A stretch of 64,000 nucleotides of DNA from Paragordius varius. Its lineage: Eukaryota; Animalia; Nematomorpha. The stretch lies in assembly GCA_964247055.1 (NCBI GenBank), contig OZ176054.1, positions 13,268,001 to 13,332,000 of the forward strand, in the 5' to 3' direction. A program made the position numbers and the translations under genes. Positions 14,069 to 27,900 of the stretch are shown in pieces (position 1 is the stretch's first letter; each line of letters starts with the position of its first letter). Under the pieces are notes generated by a model. The model worked only from the letters and a program-made list of their open reading frames with translations, was not told where the DNA came from and ran no database searches.

Positions 14069-14915
14069 TAAAAAATATATTTCATATCTAATAAATGAGA
14101 ACAATGTTACATTATTAAATTTTAACTAAGATAATTTTCAAAGCTTAAACAAAATTAAGTTATTCCTATCGCAAAAGGTAAATTAAGACAAAAAAGTGAA
14201 ATTATGAAATGTTCAGGGAATTTTTGTATATTTTCATTATTTGCCCATGTTTAATTCTTTACTAAGATATTTTCAAGTAAGTCTTGTATAAGCAAAAATC
14301 TTGCTATTTGAATTTTTGTTAAAAAATATAATATCTAAAATATTTTTTGGTATTTTAAATTAGAAGTCACTTCGGTTTGATTTTACAACACTAAGTATTA
14401 TCAGTTGTAAAATTTGTACAAAAGAAAACTATTTTAAATTACCTCTGACACCTTTAAATTGACTACTTTAATAATATTCTTTTATTTTATGTGCAAATGA
14501 TGAGAATAATTAAGATTTACCCATTACACATTTTTGGAGCTTTCAATAGCGTATGGTGAAAAAGAATGCTACATCAATATTAAAGTTCAGAGTGGGATTA
14601 ATTTTAACCTGATTTTTTGCCATACTCTACTGGATACCTTATTGATATAGTTCAATAAACTGTTAATTCAAATAAAAAGTATTTTATTATGTTAATCGAA
14701 ACAAATTATCAAATATTATTGATATCAATCTACACATTATGATTGTAATACAATCTGTATACATGCAGCTTCGCTAAAATGATTCCTGAATTATGCTAAA
14801 AAACAGTTTTAGAGTGCAATATCTCAAGAAGTTTTAATTCTAAAGCGGTGGTATTTGGACCGCGGCCCACGGGATGGGTGCGACCCGAAAAGTGCTTTGC
14901 AATGGCCCTGAATTA

Positions 14916-15241
14916 TATACCATTTATAAAAATTCACCCTTAACCAATTTTAAATCCACCTCGAACAATTCCAATTCACCCTTGAACATTCAGATTCACC
15001 CTAAAAATAAATTATGAATTTTCGGGCTAATATAACTCATCATTAATATGAAATATATTTTTACAGCATAGTTTGTTATATTTTCAACATTATTTGATTT
15101 TAAATAGAGTCTCATATTTTAAAAATATTAAAATTCAAAGTAATTTTCAATTTCAAATAAATATAATTTATATTAGAAGAAATTTGATTGGATCGAGGGT
15201 TTCAAATTGTTCGAGGGTGAATTTGAAGTGTAAATGGTATA
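14916..15241. mobile_element. MITE family B (TA-flanked, CACCC subterminal repeats)
   Basis: TATACCATTTA...AATTCACCCT at the left; AGGGTGAATTTGAAGTGTAAATGGTATA at the right; repeated AATTCACCCT(C/T)GAACAATTC units. Confidence 0.85.
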
Positions 15242-16390
15242 CAAATTATTAGAAAGTATATATATAACCCTATATTTGGTACGCTAATATAGTTTATTAA
15301 AAAAGGTTATTTATTACATTGTTATATCAAAATATTTTAAAATCATTATACCCATTTTTAAACCGTTTATAAATTGTTTAAACGGGCTATAATTTTATGA
15401 CTTATGGTATTTTACTTTATTTATCTTTTATATTTTTGCGAGTTTTACAAAGAATTTCTGAAGGGCATTTCAATAAGTAGTTAATAATAAAACATTTTCA
15501 AACCATGAAAATGACTTATTCACCTATTTATCTAGTAAGTTGGGAATCACACATATATTCGGCTGCATAGTGTAAAATGCTAAGATTTCTAAAAATATTT
15601 TGATCAAGGGCACTGTTTATTTTGTGGTATTGTGACAATGTTAGTCAGGGGTGCTAACTAAAGTTTATAAAGGGCCAAAAAATATTTAAAATACATTTTC
15701 TCCTATCAAAGGCCATAATACCGTTGAAATTTTAATCTATTTGACACATTTTCAGACATATTTAATCAAAATTAGTACTCCATACCATACAAAAGCACTT
15801 TTAACCATGCCGCCTGTGGCCCGCGGTTTTACTGGGTTTGATTATTTAAATTTAATGAAATCTAATCATCATTATCCTTTTATTAAAATTTGTAACGAAT
15901 TAATTAGGGAAAAACATCTTTTTGAAAGATTTATTTAACATACTCTACTTAAAATATTTTTTTTTCACTAATAAGAAAAGCAGGAGGTATTTGCACTTAG
16001 CGATTTGTAATTTAAACACCGTTTATATATTCTTCGATTTTGTCTAAATATAAACAAAATTGCTTTAGACTGGTCAAAAATAATCTATATCATTGAGCTT
16101 ATAAAAGCAGTCACAATTATCAATATCCAACTATCCTAATTGGCTAAAAAACCAAACAAATTCCAATCAATGTGTTTTTCAATTTTGAATTCATTTTTAA
16201 ATAATTCATATGATATGATAAACATATGGACACGCTTTTTTAAAAGCGGCCACAATCTCGGTTGGCATTATCTAGAAGGGTTTTTTTTCAATTAACCAGT
16301 ATATTAATCTTTTTGCAACATAATTCACTTTTTATTTTTGGGATTCTATTATTCATCGTTTATTTCGGAAAAAAATAGTAGGAAATTATA

Positions 16391-16666
16391 CAGTAAAAAT
16401 TGAAATTATACGGACAAAATGTACAAATATAAAGACAAATATTCTTTAAAGACAACAATACTTTTTAAACCTTAATTTAAATATAACTCATTGTTTTGAA
16501 CTGTAAATTATGAAATAAAGACGTATATTGGCAACACAATCAATGACATATTTTACGATTTATTAAATAGCTTAGATAAGAAAAATCAAAGTTTTCGAAA
16601 AGCAACTTTTAAAAAAAATTTTGTCTTAATATTTTTACATTTTGTCCTTATAATTTCAGTTTTCTG
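16391..16666. mobile_element. Tc1/pogo-type MITE family A
   Basis: TA|CAGTAAAAATTGAAATTATACGGACAAAA ... TTTGTCCTTATAATTTCAGTTTTCTG|TA. Confidence 0.85.
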
Positions 16667-18957
16667 TAAATAATATAAAAGATTTTTATCGGAAAATGTG
16701 TTATTAAAATCTAAGTAAAATTAAAATTATGAGCTTTAAAAATGGCTAATTTTGCACTCTTCTGTAAACTAGAGATAAAAAAATTTGAGAATATAATTTA
16801 AATGGCTCCTATCTCTTTTATTAGAGTCTGAATGAATATTTTGTAATATGTTACATATATAGCTATATAGCGTATAGTAAAAATTAATGAATAAATTATT
16901 TTTATTATCATTATAATAGTCTACAAGCATTCAATGCAATGTTCTTCCATTGAAACAGATCTTAAATGCTGAAACCTTTTTTTTACACATAAAAAGCCAG
17001 AATAAATTTGCTTCTTATCAGATTTTTTCTAGATTAATTTTTTTTTGTAGATTATTTTATCTAAAAATAATAATATTTGTTAAATCAAAAATTACATTAA
17101 CTTTTAAACATATTAATTATTTTAAAAAGCTTTCACCAATCAACAATTCAATACCTTGGTTTTTTACCCTGTAGCACAATTTAATCATAAAACCTATACA
17201 AAATAACTTTCATGACCTTTAAGGATTATATAATTGTAAAAAATGATAACAATTTTTGATCGCCTTTTATTTTATTTTATTATTTGACAATAAAATTTGA
17301 TCATAATCATAATATGTTTTTTACTTGATTTGGGCATAGGGTCGCAAAGTGCTAAAAATAGAAGTTGATTTTTTTACATAAGATTTGATAATTTTTAAAG
17401 GAAACTTTCAAAATTTTAGTTGTTACAAAATAATGATAAAACACTTTGACTTTTTCATTTTTTGTCCGCGATAACGCATTGGGGTAGTTTTATATCGCAG
17501 AGCTCAATCTTGTAAGTACTAGTGTTAGAGTTATTATAGTTAAAATTTAAATATGAAACATTATTCATCTGTATTTGAAAACAAAATTATTTTTACAGTT
17601 TTGTAAGTTCTATAAATTGGAACAACTCTAAAACACCATTGAACTAAGCAGCTGATTTTAAAATCAATATAAATATCAAGTTTTTGCTGTAAAAATGCAA
17701 CCTCAAATAGTTAATCATTTACATATTCTAACCATAATATATTTGGCGAATAAATTAAAAAAATGGTGGCAAAGTTTGACACGAGGATTTAGTACAATTT
17801 TAAATTTTATAAAAAATTTATTATGCGCCTGAAAGGCTTAGAAAGCATGTTTTGAATTCGGCTTAATACTACCTGATATGGACAAGAAATGGTTAAATTG
17901 CATTTCTAAGTTTAGTCCGCACATGTTTTTTCATAAAATAAGATGTATCAAGTCAATTAAAACAAAAAGGACCAGTATTTTTAACAGCGCCGTCCCGAAG
18001 AGTTAAAATCTGAACTTAATTAAATACCAACTCAGTTTCTTCTTATAACAAGTGGTTTTCTCGATTCAAAGCCCTTTTATAATTTCATAAAGTCTGATAT
18101 AAAGAAAAATAACTTTTCTAATAAGACCAATTTGTATAATTTATTTTATGGCCAATTATCAAAATTTTTTTTGGACTAGTTTGTAATGAAAACAAATGTG
18201 ACCATGGGTTTTAAAATTTTTTTTGTGGTTAAAAAAATTAGCGCCTGGTGCCTTCGTTGTTTTAGAAATTAATGTATAATACAAAAACCGTTCGCTATTT
18301 TAAGCAAAGTGTTAACACATCTATAGAAAGGTTTAAGTGACAAACGTATATAGATAAATTTCTGTAAGCTAACAAATTTAAAGCAGTATCCATTAGATAA
18401 CTTTTGCATATAAATACGTATATAATTTACTTTTTTATATTAAAAAATCCATATTTTTAGGACATAAGTCCTTTGGTAAAAAACATAAACATACTAGGTA
18501 GCAGTTGATATACCAAACTTACGTTCCTTTTAAATGGTAAAAAGTCTAAAAAAAGGTTTTAACATAATTAAAAATATAGTTTTTTTAGCTTATACCTAGC
18601 CTCCTAACTATGGAAGCGGTGTTTGTTCTTTGTGCATTAAAGAAGGATTTTTTCATCTTCTTAAAACTATTCTTTTTTCGTTCAGATTTATTTTTTTATA
18701 CTTTAAGCCTTGTATGTGACAATTTGTTAATATTTTAAACGGATTATATATTTGTCGTCACCAAAAACAAGCAAAATAATAAGGTGGATACCGTCTATAT
18801 TTTTTATACGTTGAATGTAATTTAATCCTTAAAAAAGGTAAAAGGTATGCAATATTTTAACTATAAAATAATTTTTATAATTCATTTGCTAGTGAGAAAT
18901 CCCAATGCCATTTTACACGATGGGGATTTACCTTAAAGAAACTACAAATTTAATTTT

Positions 18958-21900
18958 ATGACAATCCTTCCTACTACCCATTCTTCTAATATAAATTTCG
19001 ATCAAGATCTCCACAACAAATCAAAACTTTCAATTTTTGCCGAAAAAACCGATTTGAATGTAAATTCCTTAACTATTAACCAGAACCCAATCAAGCCAAT
19101 AAAATATCCAAACTCTTGTATTACCAATGGATTATCAAATAATAATAAAAATACTAAAAACATGGAAAATAAGGATAATATGAAAATTAACGATATAAAT
19201 TCTCGACGAGTAGCGCGTTGTGCATCACCCAACACGACAAACATTATCGAAAATATTTGCAATCAATTGCCGTCTCAATGGACAGCTTTTTTAACTCCTT
19301 TCGGGCGCGTTTATTATTACAAGTAAGCGGATTTTTTATGTTTTTTTGAAAAAGATTCCGAAAAAAATTATTGAATATGTGTCCATTTGGCTTTCTAGAA
19401 TTTATAGCTTTGAGTCAAAGTACTTTTGAAAAAAATTAAAAAAAAAACTTGCAAACTTAACACTAAATTTGGGTATTTAATATATAAATTTTATGAATCA
19501 TATATATTTTTTTTTAGTTTTAAAGCATTCATCGCGGTTCTACTTCATTTTAAATAATTTATTGATTAAAGATGTAATCTTTTATTTTTTGCATAATGTA
19601 TTAGCCCGCGATTTTGTATGAAAAAAAGAAATTTATATGGATTTTGTCTTCGGATTTTTACAAGGATAGGATTTAAAATCGGCATTGCATATTTTTTTAC
19701 TAAAAATTAGATAAAATCTGTTTAATGATATTAATGGTCAACAAAGTTCAACGATATCGTAGGATTTATAGATATTTATAATTCAACATAATACTACATA
19801 CAGCTCATACCATATGATGTTTAAATTCCGGGGTATTTTTGCTCGGATCTAAAATCTGTTATTCGAAATGTTTTTTATATACAATTGAATAAAGTTTTTT
19901 TACAATTTTAAACTTCCGAAAATTAGATTGTACCCTAGGTTAAAAATATCTAATTTCATTATAATCAAAATTTCTTCAAAATATATTAAACGCATTTCAA
20001 AGCAACTTGTGCACAATATCGGGAGAGTAAATATTTTTGATGAAATCTACATATATATATTTTGATAGATAACTGTGCCAGGCTTTTGTTTTTGGGTCAT
20101 ACGAGTTATATATATTATTACAACCATACTTTTATATTTATTGCTCCATATCAAGACAAATTTGCGCATATTTTGCTTAATAAAATTTTTATGGTCAAAC
20201 CTTAATGCATCACTCCAATATCATTAGAATAAATTATAAACTATATGAAAAATTCAATTAAAGTTAATATAACTTAGTTTTAAATCTAAACTCCAAAAAT
20301 CTCTGCCCATCTTTAAAAAAATGCAATACCGGAGTTTTGCGATACTATTTCCAATAACCGTTAAATTGTAATATAAAAAAAGTTTTTTCTGAAAAGTAGT
20401 TATTTTGCTATAAAATATTTAATCTAAGATTTTGATGAAGTTTTTTTATGTTATATTGAAGCATGGTAGATACGGCACGAAAACTCTTTAAGATATAATA
20501 AAAGCCCTTTATAATTTGATGATGCAGAACACCTCTTTGGGTTAATACAATTGTTCATCTTCAGAGGTATATTAAATAAATATATTTTGAAATTATCACG
20601 AAAAACATTTAATCAATATTTAGGTGACAGAAATGGCGTATTCGAATTAAATGCTAAATTTTTTACCTTTATCATTTTACTCCAAAATACCATTAAGATT
20701 TATTAAATTTGCTAAAAATTAATTATTTTGCATTTATTTAAAAGTATTTTTTGATGTCATAATCTGTTAAAAATTTAAATGACAAAACCTCAGTATTCTT
20801 GCGTTAAATTCAAGAGAGCTAGCCTATTTTTGAGAGGGCCAAAAATAATTTTTATCTTTATATATAGTTTATGATATATTTTGGTGTTATTTTTGCCAAA
20901 AAATTTAATTAAGCAAATTAAATTATAAATTTATGCCTTTGATCTCGAGTAATTATCACAAGATGCAGATTATTTATATAATTAAGCCTTAAATAAAACA
21001 AAACCACGAGTATCCTGATACATTTAACTATCAGAATATAAATATTTTATTTAGATAATTTTTATGCATGCATTGTGTTATTAAATTTAATGCTCATAGA
21101 TTAACCCACTTTATTACCAGGTGTAGTCATAAATCATTACCGGCTTAATTAAGAGTGGAATTACAAAAAGCCATTTTTTATCTAAAAATAAACGATAAGC
21201 ACACACAAGTTGAGCCCGCCGAAAATTAGCGTCTTTATTATTTAAGATATCGAACTTTGTGCCTGAAAAACAACATTTGCGGCAGCATTACCTATCTTTT
21301 CTATCAGAAAAAAAGTGTTTAAGGTAAAAAAAACGTGCAAAAATTATTGAATGATGACGATAAACCCAATAGATAATGGTGGAAATACATATAAGATAAA
21401 AAACAATAATTAGAGGAAGATCTATAGAAAAGATTCATAAAATTGGTAAATGGGTCCCTTATAGTTTGAATAAAATTCGAATAGAAAATTGCGAAATCAG
21501 TAAATACTGCTTGAACGTCGCAAAAAGAAATCATTTTTGCATCGAAATGTGACGAATGATGATAAGTGTGGATATATCCAAAGCGGGAAAAATCGTGGAT
21601 TTCACCTCGCTAAACCGGTGTATGCCAAATTGAAAGAATACCTCTGCTGTGATGGAACCAGAGCACTATTGTGATTTCAATGCAGAAATTGTAAATAAAC
21701 GCCATCGCATTAAATGAATGTAAACCTTGTATTAACCGCAAGACGAGAATGATATAGTAGGCAAAGCATGATTTTGCTAAATGAAAATACTTCGTCTCGC
21801 ACAGTGAAAGGCATTTTGAAATCGCTTCAATAAAAGATTAACCATTTGTTTGTGTGACACTATCTGACTAATACCGATTCGTATTTATCAAAGAAGTCCA

Positions 21901-24900
21901 CGCACAGAGCACCACTTAATAATTATGAAAACTTTGGAAAAGGCTTGGATTTGCTGCAAAATACAATCAATACGGCATATGATCTGTATATCACCTCAAA
22001 AATGGGCGAAATGATGATGATAGACAATATTTTTAAAATACATAACTGATAATCCTTAACAAAAGTTATTTTCTATAAAAAAACTTGTAAAAACTTTTGA
22101 CTACACCTCCTAATTTTAAATAATGGCAGCAAAAGGTTTAATATGAGATTTATTTTGTATTTAATAATCTTTGGATAATGCGCCAAAAGCCTTTAGAGCA
22201 GTGGTAAGAACTAACGAATTTTAAAGGACCAAAAATATTCTTGTCTTGATGGCCATAAAGATAAAACTTTATTGCTGTAATAAATTCAGGGCCATAAAAA
22301 GCATTTTTGGGTTCACATGCGGCCCATGGGCCGTGTTTTGAGTACTGTAGGTTTTTGCCTAAATTCATTTCAGGCCGCCTCTTAAATATTGGTTGCTGCC
22401 AAAAGTCGTATATCGAAATATTATACGCTTTAAGATATTGCTTAAGTCATCTAAAAATTGCCTTTTTTCATATATAAGAATCAATTGTCTCGATGGGCTC
22501 TAACAAGCCCGAAATTGTACGATTACTACAGATGAGAAATGTTTACATTCATTTTTGTTTTATTAAATTAGTTTATGTTTATAATGATAATTTGCAACAA
22601 AGTCTATCAAGAGCTGAATTTAGGGTCAAAAATGTGTTTTTTATTTATTTTTGAATACAGTTTACTAGTCCTTAATATTCAAATGGCCCTTACGGGTGAT
22701 ATATGAAACTTCGTAGAGGCATAATGGAAACAGTGAGAAAACGCTTTAAGATAATATAAAACAATTATTATTCGATGATGCCAAACAGATCTATCATTAA
22801 TTTTGATTATAATATTCTTTCGTCTTCAATCATATATTTTTTAGGAGCCCAATAACAAAAAAACGAACTTTTAACACCTCATGACTTTTTGGGGCAGTTT
22901 TATATTCCAGAGCTAAGGAATATTTTAAAATTATATGGTATTAGTCTGAATTTTAATATATGCTTTCTTTGGCCGTTTGGGCGCTTAATACAAAATTTGT
23001 TAAAAAATGTAAAATTGTAAAAAAATTCTCATTGCAAACTTTTTCGCCGCCATTTTTTTACTTTGAATTTTTAAATCGCTAATACAATAGGCGAATAAAT
23101 GTATATTATGGTTATATAAATAAATAACTTAAGTAGGCTTTCAGTTGCATTTTACCAGCAAAAACTTGTATTGATTCCGAAATCATTTTAAACATATGAC
23201 TGTAAAATGCAACCATAATATAACAATTTTTCTATTTTGTTGCCAATTGGTTAAATATATTCAGAAAAAATGTTTGAACATCAATTGTTCAAAGATTATG
23301 TGAGCATATTTTTGTTAATAATATAAATTAAATTTTCACGTGCCTCCCAACGAGTTTCAGAGGGCCCTGTGTTGGAAACCCTCTTGAAGTTATAAATCTG
23401 TAAAAAATATAGGCTTTTTTAATACAGGAGGAAAAGGATTTATGATTGATTTTTAACTAAAATAACTTTTAAACTTTATTTGATATTTGATGCTGCAAGC
23501 TGTGTTATATGAAAACAAAAGTTTGATTATTATATTAAGCACTAGAAATTATCAGCACTAGAATTTTTATTATCTTACTTTACACCTTTATCAACTTTTT
23601 CCAAAAATGTTATTTAATTTTTAAACACATGCATTTTTAAATAGCTTTGTCTTCAAAATCAGTTTTTGTTTGAAATAATAGGATTTCGAATTTATTTTAT
23701 TTGCAAGACCCTAGTCTATTAAGGATTCATTTAAAACATTTGCGACTGACATCTAAATTTGAATCAATGCAAATATTTGTTTATATAGAATAAACAAAAT
23801 ATTGTTTCCAGTCTTAAGCTTTTACCAAAAAAAATGAATGAATTATGTGCGATTGTTTTTCAAAATAGACTAATTATTTGAAAAGATTTAACTTTCTCAA
23901 TCTTGCCCCAAAGCCAAATGCACCACAAAAATTCTCACACTTTCTATTGGAAGTATACAGCTCATCAAGTATATTCTTGTAAAGGGTTAGAAACGATTCA
24001 AGGATTACATAAAAATTAAGATTTTTAACATATTATCTATTATGATAATGGATATCCTTTTGTTTGAAAAAAAATCTGAGCTTTAACATAGCTTTATTAT
24101 AACGTTCTGAGTCTATTGTAATTTTTCAAATATGATTATCTCGCAATATAGACATTTTTCTACTTCTTTTTACTGGGTCTTACTGGTCGCTTTTTCATGT
24201 TATCGACGCATTTTTAATTTTCTATCATAGAAAATATTTTAATTTACATTTTGCAATTTATATAAATATGTTATTTCATCTATAAATAGTGGGATATAAT
24301 TGAAGTGCTTTAAATTGCAAATCATTATATAGTATATAAAATATATTTTTATCAGTGACGGTAAGGAGCAGGCCTGTCACACCCTTTTCTGGACACCTAG
24401 ATATATTTTTATAAGCTTATGGTTCAAGCTTCGATATTTATAGAAACGTTTAAATGAATTAAATTTTTTGAGGGTTATTTTTATAAAACCATAATATGGG
24501 CACACAAGCTTTTAAATTATAAATTTAAACATTTTGAAAATTATATCCTTTTTACATCTATAGTAAAAAATATTTAGTATTTTTAAAGGTTGAAAGTGTG
24601 TTAAAACATAAATATGTAAATAATAATTTATTTATATGACAAGTGTTCTAGCCATAATGACTATAATTATTTGAAAATAACTGGTTAAAATCAGTTTTTC
24701 TATTACCAACCTGTATCCCTAATATTCTTCACATTATAAAAGCTGCAAAGACTATTCAATAATTTAATTTAGAAAAACTACTTTGGCCACTATTGTGACA
24801 TTGTGGAGAACTTGAGTTATATTTAGGGATTAAGGAGATATTTTTAAATTTTAGGCACTGTATAATATTATTTTATGGCCGATATCTCAACAATTTATTA

Positions 24901-27900
24901 AGTATTAAATCTGTTAGTATATTTGTTTTCTGAGTATTTTGAAAATCTTTTTAAATTAATTTGGGTAGATTTGTTCTGGATAGTCCCAAAGCATCAATTT
25001 TAGAAGTTTTTTTATATTACATTCAATTTTAAAATGATTTTTTATGAAAATAAAAAAGTGCATGCATTATCCAATTTTTTATACCCCTGTTATATATTTT
25101 TGTCCCTATATTGAAATTAATGAAATTTTAATAATGTTATATCGGTATTTATAGCATAAAATTAATTAATGTTTTCTTATTATTCGTGCTATATGGGTTT
25201 TTAAGTATAACTTTAATTTTATATATAGAGTGATTTATCTATCCAGTCATCAAACCGAAAAAGGGTATTTATCCTATGTATTATATATGATAGAAAATGT
25301 ATCAGAATCTCATAGTGCTTTTGTTTTGGCGCCTACGAGTAATAAGGAAATGTTATTTGACTTTTGTGAAAATAGTCCGTATTTGATCGAAAAATTATCA
25401 AGTAAAGATTTCAAAGATAAATTTTTCCTAATATTATTAGATATCTTAAAAATATTTTAAAAGCAAAATCTTTAAAATTAAATATAAAATTTTAGAAATA
25501 GCCGACTGTCGCAAATTCTTGCACACCTTTATTATGGAAAATTCATTCATAAAATGCTGAGGTTTCGCAAAAATAAATTTTATATAAGCTAGATTATTCA
25601 AAATTCGGTATAATTTTAAATTTTGGCAAAATTATGTTGAATCGTACTTTATTATGTTATTTTTAAGCATCGAAGAAACTTTATCTAGATATATATAATT
25701 TAATGATCCTAGAATGAATAGAAAATTTTGCGCTCGAATTTGTTTGAAATATATACAATCTGTATTTGACTTAAATTTAAAAACGAAATAATATTTTAAT
25801 CCTAAAATCATAGTGGCAGTATTATTGAATTATATAGAAGAAGCGTTATTATAACATCTTAAAACATTTTATGCTATTACCACCATAAATACCCTTTAAC
25901 CTAATTTTCAAATACTTAATTTAAAAATGCTCATATTTTCGTATCATTCTAGCATATATTAAAAATTGTTTTTGGGGCAATCTCTTCCTTCTTGTCATCT
26001 AAGATAGCTAGTACATTTTTTAGGAGTCCAAAAATAGCGATTAAAGCCCACTACTAAATTTTACAATTACAAATATTGTTTTGTTATTTAAATATAGTCT
26101 ATTTTTTGGAATTAAACTCTTAGTTTTTTATAAACTTATTTAAAATATGCGCTGATACCACAAAAGTTAAAATTACTTCTGATATCAATCCCTAATCAAA
26201 TTGAAAGCACCATGAGAATGATACATTTTTCCAATAGATATAGGTTGTAGTTACATGTTACGGACTAACTAAGGACATCAGCGAAAATTATACAGTCGAT
26301 ACAGTCCCTATTTTATTGATCTGACATTACGATACACAAGTTAAATTTTCAAAAATTAGCGTCTTATTTAAAATCGTTCAAGAATATTGAATTTGCCTGA
26401 AACATTTACGTCACTCATAGCCAGTAAAAGACCGCCAAAAATTATTATTTATTGTCAAAAACATATGGTGTACATGCTCTATCGATTAACACATGTAAAA
26501 CCCATTTTGAAATATTAATGGTTGTAATTTCAAATAAAGTGTAGACGATCTGATAGACCTTACAACGGTGAAGACATTAATATGCTAGGAAACCCAATTT
26601 AGCTACAACAATTGGCAAAAACATTACACATCCAAAAAAAACAAACGTTTTATATTCAAGAATAAAGGGAATTAAACTTGGTAAATGGGTCCCAGAAAAT
26701 CTGAATTGACATCAATCGAAAATCGCAAAGCTACTTGTGAAATCCTGTTTAAACTTCACGAGAGGAAAATGATTTTTGCATTGAATTTTAACGGGTAATG
26801 AGTAATGGCTGTATTTTTAAATAGTGTAAAAATCATTTTCACCTTGCCAAGCAATCCATCACCATCAAAAGCGCTTCGGCAAAAAAACATGCTCTGTGAA
26901 CGGTAGGACCAAAACGGTAATCTTTTGTCCGTGTAATTGATAATACACAACACTAGTGCTACCAAATATTTAATTAGAACGAACCATGCAATCAAATAAC
27001 TATCGGAGTGAGTCAAAAAACATGACAAAGCGATTTTTATACGTGACAATGTCTCTTCACTGGCAGCAAAACCAGTGAATGACACATTAAAATCGCTTCC
27101 GAATCCTTTCCGAATTCGCTGCTGACCAGTCGATCTGACTAATGCAAATTTTGCATTAATGGGGCACTGGCAAAGTTTCAAATTTTTTTAAAACGATTAA
27201 ATATTTTGAGAGAAGTTTTTGATACTTGAGATTAGAAGATACATGAATTGGAAACTCTGTGTTTTTCATTAAATGGCACATAATTAGTAAAAGATAATTT
27301 GAAATTAAAAGCCAAATACAATGCTTTGTGTGATTATTGTGGTATATTAGAGTTAGGTTTAGGCCTAAACACTAACTCTTTTTAAATAATAATAATCAAT
27401 GTATAAATATATGCCTGTGTCTCTCTTTGATGTCTCACACACATTATTTATGCGGTTTATCCCCATAGTGATTTGTGATAAATATTATGATAAATAGTAT
27501 TTATCCATATTTGTAATTTCCAAATTTGTAAAACTCATTTAAACACTAAAAAGGTTTTTTTATTTTAAATAGAGCGGCTCTATAATATACTTTGGTATGC
27601 TAGAAATTTTTTTCAATTTTCGTTTAATACGAATATTTATTCCATTCTTGAAAACGGTGAAGTCGAAAAATCTGAAATTCTAGGAGATGCCTTCAGAATT
27701 TTAATGATATATATTCATCCAAAATATATATTTTTTTTCACTATACATATTTACCTTAAATAATTTGGTTTGAAAAAATTATATCTTTTAACTTGACATG
27801 TTGTTTCAATATATTGATCTTCTTCCTTCATAATTTGGATTTTCAGGTGCTAATCATAAATTATATACAAAGTTTTAATTAAAAAGCAAAAGTTGTAAAT

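Noticed and set aside
19990-20450. Further diffuse repeat similarity with about 47860-48230 and 60240 (AAATTTGCGCA.ATTTTG motif)
   Set aside because: Probably another old TE family, but termini could not be defined, so it is not listed as a feature.
26756-27181. 141-aa minus-strand ORF (and 21319-21534)
   Set aside because: Antisense to the decayed mariner transposase; no independent domain or splice support.
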